This document shows, one piece after another, positions 26,991 through 32,000 of a stretch of 32,000 nucleotides of DNA. The translations under genes were made by a program, and so were the position numbers. This DNA comes from Candidatus Heimdallarchaeota archaeon B3_Heim (GTDB taxonomy: Archaea; Asgardarchaeota; Heimdallarchaeia; Hodarchaeales; Hodarchaeaceae). How positions within the stretch are numbered: position 1 is the stretch's first letter; the number at the start of each line of letters is the position of its first letter. The notes beneath the pieces were generated by a model that searched no databases, was not told the origin of the DNA, and was given only the letters and a program-made list of their open reading frames with translations. The DNA lies in assembly GCA_003144275.1 (NCBI GenBank), contig NJBF01000004.1, forward strand, positions 60,001 to 92,000. Direction: 5' to 3'.

Positions 26991-27806
26991 GTGGAAACCG
27001 TGTTTTCTGGACTAATTGTTACAACCATGGGTGATAAGGGGCCCTACCCACTATTGAATTTATCTTCCATTCCAGAGGACACAGCTGAAAACCTAAGTGT
27101 TATCGGTATGACCATCCTCTTCATGGGAGCAGGAACACTTGCTGAAAGACAACATTATCGTCTACACGGATCACTTCCTGTTCCAAACAATCCGAATATC
27201 GAAGCACTTGCCTTATCCTTTACTGTCTCTCCAACAGAGACATCTGATATTCGTATTGATCAGCATGGACGAGAATCAACCATTTGGCTCCTCTTTAAAT
27301 CAGAAAATCGCGAACGGGTTTTCCAGCTTCACCCTGCTATTGAGCGAGCACTACAGGAAGAGACTAAGAATATTAAAGACGAAAGTGATCTCTCTGATCC
27401 AGAAAAGATGGAAAAAGTTCTATCACGTTTAAAACAAATCACTGAGTCACCAGGTTCTTACGTACCAGTGTCAGATGAGAGTGAACCATCTTACATTCAC
27501 GAAAAGGGAGGTCTTGAGTTCTTCACTGTTAATACTGAAGGCGATTTGAGAGAAATTAATCTTCAAACAGATCTTGCAACACTTCCCGTTCTTATCCTTG
27601 TGAATACACTTCTTAAACGGATTTTCCTAATTAAATTGAAAGATTCTGTGTCCCAACACTTGATGTTTCATGCTGGAACATCAGCTTCTAATATCAATAC
27701 AAATCGCTTTAAAAATAGGTTTTCTATACGAGATGTATTAGATCCAATGGAACGAGCAATGATCTTGGAAAAGATTGGAATAATTCAGGAAATTGGTTCC
27801 CAATAG
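26991..27806 (+). CDS. longin/uDENN-like domain fused to a C-terminal gelsolin-like domain (tentative)
   Basis: N-terminal GLIVTTMGDKGPYPL...HGSLPVP...LALSFTV...SDIRIDQHGR. C-terminal (27510-27806) FTVNTEGDL...VLILVNTLLKRIFLIK...VSQHLMFHAGTSASNINTNRF resembles a gelsolin repeat. GTG start. Confidence 0.45.
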   Translation: METVFSGLIVTTMGDKGPYPLLNLSSIPEDTAENLSVIGMTILFMGAGTLAERQHYRLHGSLPVPNNPNIEALALSFTVSPTETSDIRIDQHGRESTIWLLFKSENRERVFQLHPAIERALQEETKNIKDESDLSDPEKMEKVLSRLKQITESPGSYVPVSDESEPSYIHEKGGLEFFTVNTEGDLREINLQTDLATLPVLILVNTLLKRIFLIKLKDSVSQHLMFHAGTSASNINTNRFKNRFSIRDVLDPMERAMILEKIGIIQEIGSQ

Positions 27807-27821
27807 GAGCTACTACCAGAA

Positions 27822-28754
27822 ATGTCACATTTAAGAAGAAGAAAAAAAGTTTCTAAAGTTCTTATCTTGGGACTAGCGGAATCAGGGAAATCGACTATTA
27901 TAAAAGTAGTCAATGAGGGGAAAATCCCATCAAAAGATGATGATTATAACGCTACAATCGACTACGAGCGTAAACAAAAGGTTGTAGCAGGAACTGAATT
28001 AACAATATTTGATTTAGGAGGGCAGACAGCTTTTCTTGACAGATTCACTGGCGAATTGTCAGAATTTATTTTTACTGGAGTAAAATCATTTGTATTTGTA
28101 GTAGATTCGATTGAAATCAAAAATATTTCACGTGCAAAGTATTATCTAGATTTAGCTGTAAAGAAATTAGCCCAGTTTAGTCCAGAGGCGACCTTATTCA
28201 TTTTCCAGCATAAAGCTGATTTAATCCCGAAAAAAATGAAACAGGAAGTCAGGAAAACAATAGAAGATTATTTAGGATCAGGAATCCCTAAAAAAATTAA
28301 ATATTATGAAACATCAGTCTTCTCTGATTCCATTTTCAAAGCTATGGGTGAAGTCTACGCAGATGCGAGCGGTGCCAGAAAAACTTTACGTCCTCTCCTG
28401 GAGACGTTCATCCAACATAATATGGCTGACATGGCTCAAATATTCACAAAAGAAGGAGCTCCCCTAACTAAAGTTGAAAAAGTGTCGAAATTTGAACATA
28501 TCAATCTATATGAAGTCCGAGAATTTTTCGATGCCGTTGTCAAGCGTTTAGCGGACTCGGAAACTCACACAGCTACATCAACACTTCTCGAATCCGACCA
28601 ACGTGTTTTTGTTATTCGGTTTATGGAAAATGGTTTAGCACTGTTTTTCGGATTTTCAAAAAGTCGACTCAGAGAAAGAAATGAGCCTGTAGCTTCCCTC
28701 TATAACAGAGTTCTCGCATTTAGCTCTCAATTACAGAGCATTACGGAGAGTTAA
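27822..28754 (+). CDS. Rag/Gtr-like small GTPase with C-terminal roadblock/longin-like domain
   Basis: G1 GLAESGKS, ATIDYE, FDLGGQ..F, FIFTGVKSFVFVVD, HKADL, ETSVF. C-terminal alpha/beta domain (MAQIFTKEGAPL…VFVIRF…LALFFGF). Confidence 0.85.
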   Translation: MSHLRRRKKVSKVLILGLAESGKSTIIKVVNEGKIPSKDDDYNATIDYERKQKVVAGTELTIFDLGGQTAFLDRFTGELSEFIFTGVKSFVFVVDSIEIKNISRAKYYLDLAVKKLAQFSPEATLFIFQHKADLIPKKMKQEVRKTIEDYLGSGIPKKIKYYETSVFSDSIFKAMGEVYADASGARKTLRPLLETFIQHNMADMAQIFTKEGAPLTKVEKVSKFEHINLYEVREFFDAVVKRLADSETHTATSTLLESDQRVFVIRFMENGLALFFGFSKSRLRERNEPVASLYNRVLAFSSQLQSITES

Positions 28755-28836
28755 ACGTAAGCTGTGAAAAGCTTGCGGATTTTTGTATCTAAAATCGACT
28801 TAAAACCGACATGTACCTAATATTAATGACCGTATC

Positions 28837-29388
28837 ATGGACTGTAAAATTCTTCATAAGATGTTCGAGAGTAATGAAAAGGGATTCAACCCAAATTTAC
28901 GAGTTCATACACTGGATACTTTATTATCCCTCGGTCAAGTAAGACGGATAACAATTGAATTTCGTAACGATTATTGCGGCCATTCAACAAAACCTAGCCA
29001 AATATATTGGCGAGACATTCCCATTCTCAGAGTGAAATGTCTAGGTACTGAATGTGATATTCGTATTCAGAATAACAAGCAAGAAGTTATCTTTTTTCTG
29101 ATGAAAAATGTAATTAAACTTCCATTTGTCCGATTCATATCAATTCTCTTAGAATTACGTTTACCTAGTTGGGAAACTTTGTACGAATTTGCGTTTGTAT
29201 TGAATTCAGAAGGGAAAATGTTTATTACTCCAACCAGTCATAATATCTCTGCAGTCGATTTGAAAAAACTTACTAAATACGTTACCGCTCAAGCAAGCAA
29301 GAAATTTGAAAAGGAAATTGATGAAGATCTTCTTGACATCCTGCTTCCTGAAACTATACCTCTACGTGATTTCAAAATAAGAATCTAA
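28837..29388 (+). CDS. hypothetical protein
   Basis: 183-aa ORF in the gap between co-oriented genes; no motif recognised. Confidence 0.6.
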   Translation: MDCKILHKMFESNEKGFNPNLRVHTLDTLLSLGQVRRITIEFRNDYCGHSTKPSQIYWRDIPILRVKCLGTECDIRIQNNKQEVIFFLMKNVIKLPFVRFISILLELRLPSWETLYEFAFVLNSEGKMFITPTSHNISAVDLKKLTKYVTAQASKKFEKEIDEDLLDILLPETIPLRDFKIRI

Positions 29389-29502
29389 TCCTTTTTTGAG
29401 GGATTTAGCTTGCTTTTTACGAATGAAATCAGAGGGAGCTCCTCATTTTCCAGTATCAAAGCCTTTTTGAAAACCAACTAACCAGGTCATCATGAAAATC
29501 TG

Positions 29503-30693
29503 ATGTCAGGATTCTGGAAGTACTCCCAAATCGATGAATTAATTAACCAATTTTTTACAGTCACATCCAAACAATATAGGCCAATGTCAGAATCAGGTTC
29601 TCCGCTTCAATCTGAGATGATTCCTGTCTATGAGATTCTAAAACGAAGCGATGTGGGAGGAAATATCAAACAAGTTAATCAAACGCTTAAAAACATGGGT
29701 TACATGTCTCTAATCCGCTCTCATCCAATCCATGAATCGAGAGGAATGCTTTATATTTTTCCAATTCCTGAAAAAATGATTGTATCAAAACAAAATTTGA
29801 GTACCCCACTCGTATTATTCGTCCTCACCATAATTTCTGTATTTATAGTTGGCGTGACCATGTGGGATGATCTTCGTATAGCTGAACCCTCCCTTGATCC
29901 AATAACTGTGGGTTTGTATTATGTTATTAGTCTGATGGGAATTGTAGGAATCCATGAAATTGGGCATATGATTGCCTCAAGATTTCACGGAATTAAAGCA
30001 AGTTGGCCATATTTCATTCCTATGCCTATAGGTCTTGGAACAATGGGAGCGTTTATTTCTCAAAAAACTCCAATACGTTCACGAAATGATTTATTTGATG
30101 TCGGATTAGCAGGGCCTATTTTTGGATTTATTATCGCAACTATATTCTCAATCATTGGTCTGATGAATTCGATTGTTATACCAGCAGCAGAAGTTACTCA
30201 AGAATTTTCAAATCCATTGGGATTATTTGACCTGAGATTAAATAATCCTGATCGAACGAGAATATTATTATTTGAGATTCTTGCCTTTTTTTTCGTTCCA
30301 CAGCAAGGTAGTGATGTTGTAATCTTTTTGCATCCTTTTGCTTTTGCAGGGTTCATTGGATTTTTTCTTACAAGCTTGAACTTAATTCCTATCGGTCAGA
30401 GTGATGGTGGCCATGTTGCAAGAAGTATATTCTCAGAAAAAAATCATCGAATGGTCACCTATATCAGCGCAGGTGTTCTAGTAGGTCTTGGTTTCTGGAT
30501 TTTTGCTATTTTACTATTATTTATGTATTCACAAACTGGACATTCAGGCCCCTTAGATGATTTAACTGAATTGTCCCTTTCTCGCAAAATTGTGACAGGA
30601 AGTATTCTGGTATTAATCTTGCTATGTCTACCCTTATCTCCTGATTCCTTATTTGCTGAACTGCTCTCTGATATTTCATCCATTTTTGGATGA
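29503..30693 (+). CDS. site-2 protease family (M50) intramembrane metalloprotease
   Basis: HEIGH (HExxH), GTMGAFI, FDVGLAGP, NLIPIGQSDGGH (NxxP...DGG), multiple TM segments, and an N-terminal soluble domain of about 100 aa. Confidence 0.93.
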   Translation: MSGFWKYSQIDELINQFFTVTSKQYRPMSESGSPLQSEMIPVYEILKRSDVGGNIKQVNQTLKNMGYMSLIRSHPIHESRGMLYIFPIPEKMIVSKQNLSTPLVLFVLTIISVFIVGVTMWDDLRIAEPSLDPITVGLYYVISLMGIVGIHEIGHMIASRFHGIKASWPYFIPMPIGLGTMGAFISQKTPIRSRNDLFDVGLAGPIFGFIIATIFSIIGLMNSIVIPAAEVTQEFSNPLGLFDLRLNNPDRTRILLFEILAFFFVPQQGSDVVIFLHPFAFAGFIGFFLTSLNLIPIGQSDGGHVARSIFSEKNHRMVTYISAGVLVGLGFWIFAILLLFMYSQTGHSGPLDDLTELSLSRKIVTGSILVLILLCLPLSPDSLFAELLSDISSIFG

Positions 30694-30727
30694 AAGAACT
30701 AACAATCCTTTTCCTCCAAAATAAAAT

Positions 30728-32000
30728 CTAGAAATCATGATAATAGGCATCATTTTTTCGCTGGTCCCGATCTAAGCGGCTTCCCAACTTGTTTAACCGG
30801 GCTCGTCCAGTTTCAGGATCTCTACGAAACGTAACATCTATTTCCTTCAAAAATCTATTAAGGGCTGCTTTTTTGGTTAATGGTCCAACTGTTCGACCTA
30901 TACTCCCTGGAGTTCCTTCAAAGAGCATAATCCTATCTGCTAACGCGTCAGCGATTTGAATATCGTGCTCGATTGCAATACATGCGGCATTGTTTTTGGA
31001 GACTATATGACGGATGACACGAGTGGCTTTCAAACGTTCTTCAACATCAAGAAATGCGCTTCCTTCATCAATGATGTACAAGTCTGCTTTTTTCCCTAGA
31101 CAACCTGCAAGAAAACATCGTTGAAGTTCTCCTCCACTCAGTGCGCGTATTGGTTTATCTAAAAGATGCGAAATTGAGAATGGCTTCAGGATATAGATGC
31201 TAAAAGCACGAGAGCCTATGAATAAATTTGTGTACTGAGTCAAAAACTCCCGCACGGTTCCTGTAAATTTTCGGTGTAGAAATTGCGGCTTAAAGGAAAC
31301 CGTTACTGACTTTAATGATTGAGTGAGGTGGCGAGCGAAAGTGGTTTTCCCTAATCCATTTTCTCCAAGAATGCAGAGTATTTCCCCAAAATAATTCATC
31401 CCTTTATCAACAGTTAAATTAAATGACCCGACTTGTTTTTGGAATGCTGGAAATTCTACCCCAGGTCTTCCCTCCCAATCTCTCTCTTTCACTACGCGGG
31501 TAAACTGAATACGTTTGCCACGTATCCGAACATTCTCATCTTTTAATCGACCGAGAAGAAAGTTGTTGATTCCTTTCTTAGTACTATATGCTAAAGTTGA
31601 GATAACCCCAAATTTATGTGGTTCTCCATAAAATAAATAGATCAGATCACTCTGAAAGTCAAGGATAGCAATATCATGCTCAGCAATAAAGATAGTTTTT
31701 CCTGCAGAAGCCAATTGGTGAAAAATCTTTGCCATTTTTATGCGTTGCCGGAAATCCAAGAATGTACAGGGCTCGTCAATGAGATAGACATCGGCATTCT
31801 GTAATAGAGCTTTACCGATGGCTAGTCTTTGCAACTCTCCCCCGGATAATTCTTTAGGAATTCGATTTAGAATTGGAGTGAACTCCATCAGCTCAATTAC
31901 TTCTGTTAGGGAATAATATCCTTGATTCTCACTTTGTGATAAGATATCTGATACCGAATCTGAAATTTCAGTAAGATGGGTGAAGATTTGAGGTTTATGC
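30728..32000 (-). CDS. ABCE1/RLI-like twin-NBD ATPase (5' end beyond window; divergent)
   Basis: The frame stays open from 31888 to the window end (HKPQIFTHL…). It contains LSGGELQR twice, DEPCTFLD, EHD, GINNFL.G.L.DENVR.R hinge, GENGLGKTT, KPQF, and TFRRDPETGRARLNKLGSRLD. Confidence 0.9.
   Translation of the reverse strand, partial: HKPQIFTHLTEISDSVSDILSQSENQGYYSLTEVIELMEFTPILNRIPKELSGGELQRLAIGKALLQNADVYLIDEPCTFLDFRQRIKMAKIFHQLASAGKTIFIAEHDIAILDFQSDLIYLFYGEPHKFGVISTLAYSTKKGINNFLLGRLKDENVRIRGKRIQFTRVVKERDWEGRPGVEFPAFQKQVGSFNLTVDKGMNYFGEILCILGENGLGKTTFARHLTQSLKSVTVSFKPQFLHRKFTGTVREFLTQYTNLFIGSRAFSIYILKPFSISHLLDKPIRALSGGELQRCFLAGCLGKKADLYIIDEGSAFLDVEERLKATRVIRHIVSKNNAACIAIEHDIQIADALADRIMLFEGTPGSIGRTVGPLTKKAALNRFLKEIDVTFRRDPETGRARLNKLGSRLDRDQRKNDAYYHDF

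Noticed and set aside
29386-29410. Possible terminator hairpin ATCCTT-TTTTG-AGGGAT after the 28837 gene
   Set aside because: The stem is weak and short in AT-rich DNA. T-tracts are compatible with archaeal termination but not diagnostic.
2202-30683. Numerous 60-116-aa antisense or alternate-frame ORFs (e.g. 2202-2411, 4302-4547, 10453-10722, 18800-19150, 20344-20649, 22713-22979, 30459-30683)
   Set aside because: All are nested in or antisense to well-supported genes and have typical antisense-shadow composition.
1-32000. tRNA/rRNA genes, CRISPR arrays, IS elements, long tandem repeats
   Set aside because: Intergenic gaps are short (under 300 bp) and AT-rich. No cloverleaf, repeat-spacer pattern, transposase or terminal inverted repeats were seen.

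Overview
AT-rich window, almost fully coding. It most likely comes from an Asgard archaeon (Heimdallarchaeia/Hodarchaeales-like), inferred from archaeal-type TrpRS, ABCE1, MEMO1 and many eukaryotic-signature proteins. Contents in order: a TPR fragment; an Fe-S XPD/DinG-family helicase; adenine deaminase; a stand-alone SPFH-like domain; a degenerate PfkB nucleoside-kinase homolog; MEMO1; two paralogous NfnAB (SudAB)-type flavoprotein pairs; a NuoE/NuoF/NuoG-like (HydCBA/Bfu-type) trio whose A subunit has no catalytic site; an MFS transporter; trpS; a site-2 protease; and a divergent ABCE1 cut by the window edge. Main observations: (1) The same ~85-aa beta-rich C-terminal domain occurs on two paralogous longin/uDENN-like proteins and on the neighbouring NfnB flavoprotein. 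This suggests a link between electron-bifurcating redox metabolism and eukaryote-like GTPase signalling. (2) A tight four-gene cluster encodes two Rag-like GTPases, a probable pseudo-GTPase (all with roadblock-like tails) and a longin/uDENN-gelsolin-like fusion. (3) A TrxR-like domain lacking CxxC is fused to NfnA. (4) A Bfu-type module is cotranscribed with NfnAB. All family calls come from motif recognition by eye; no searches were run. No rRNA, tRNA, CRISPR array or mobile element was recognised.
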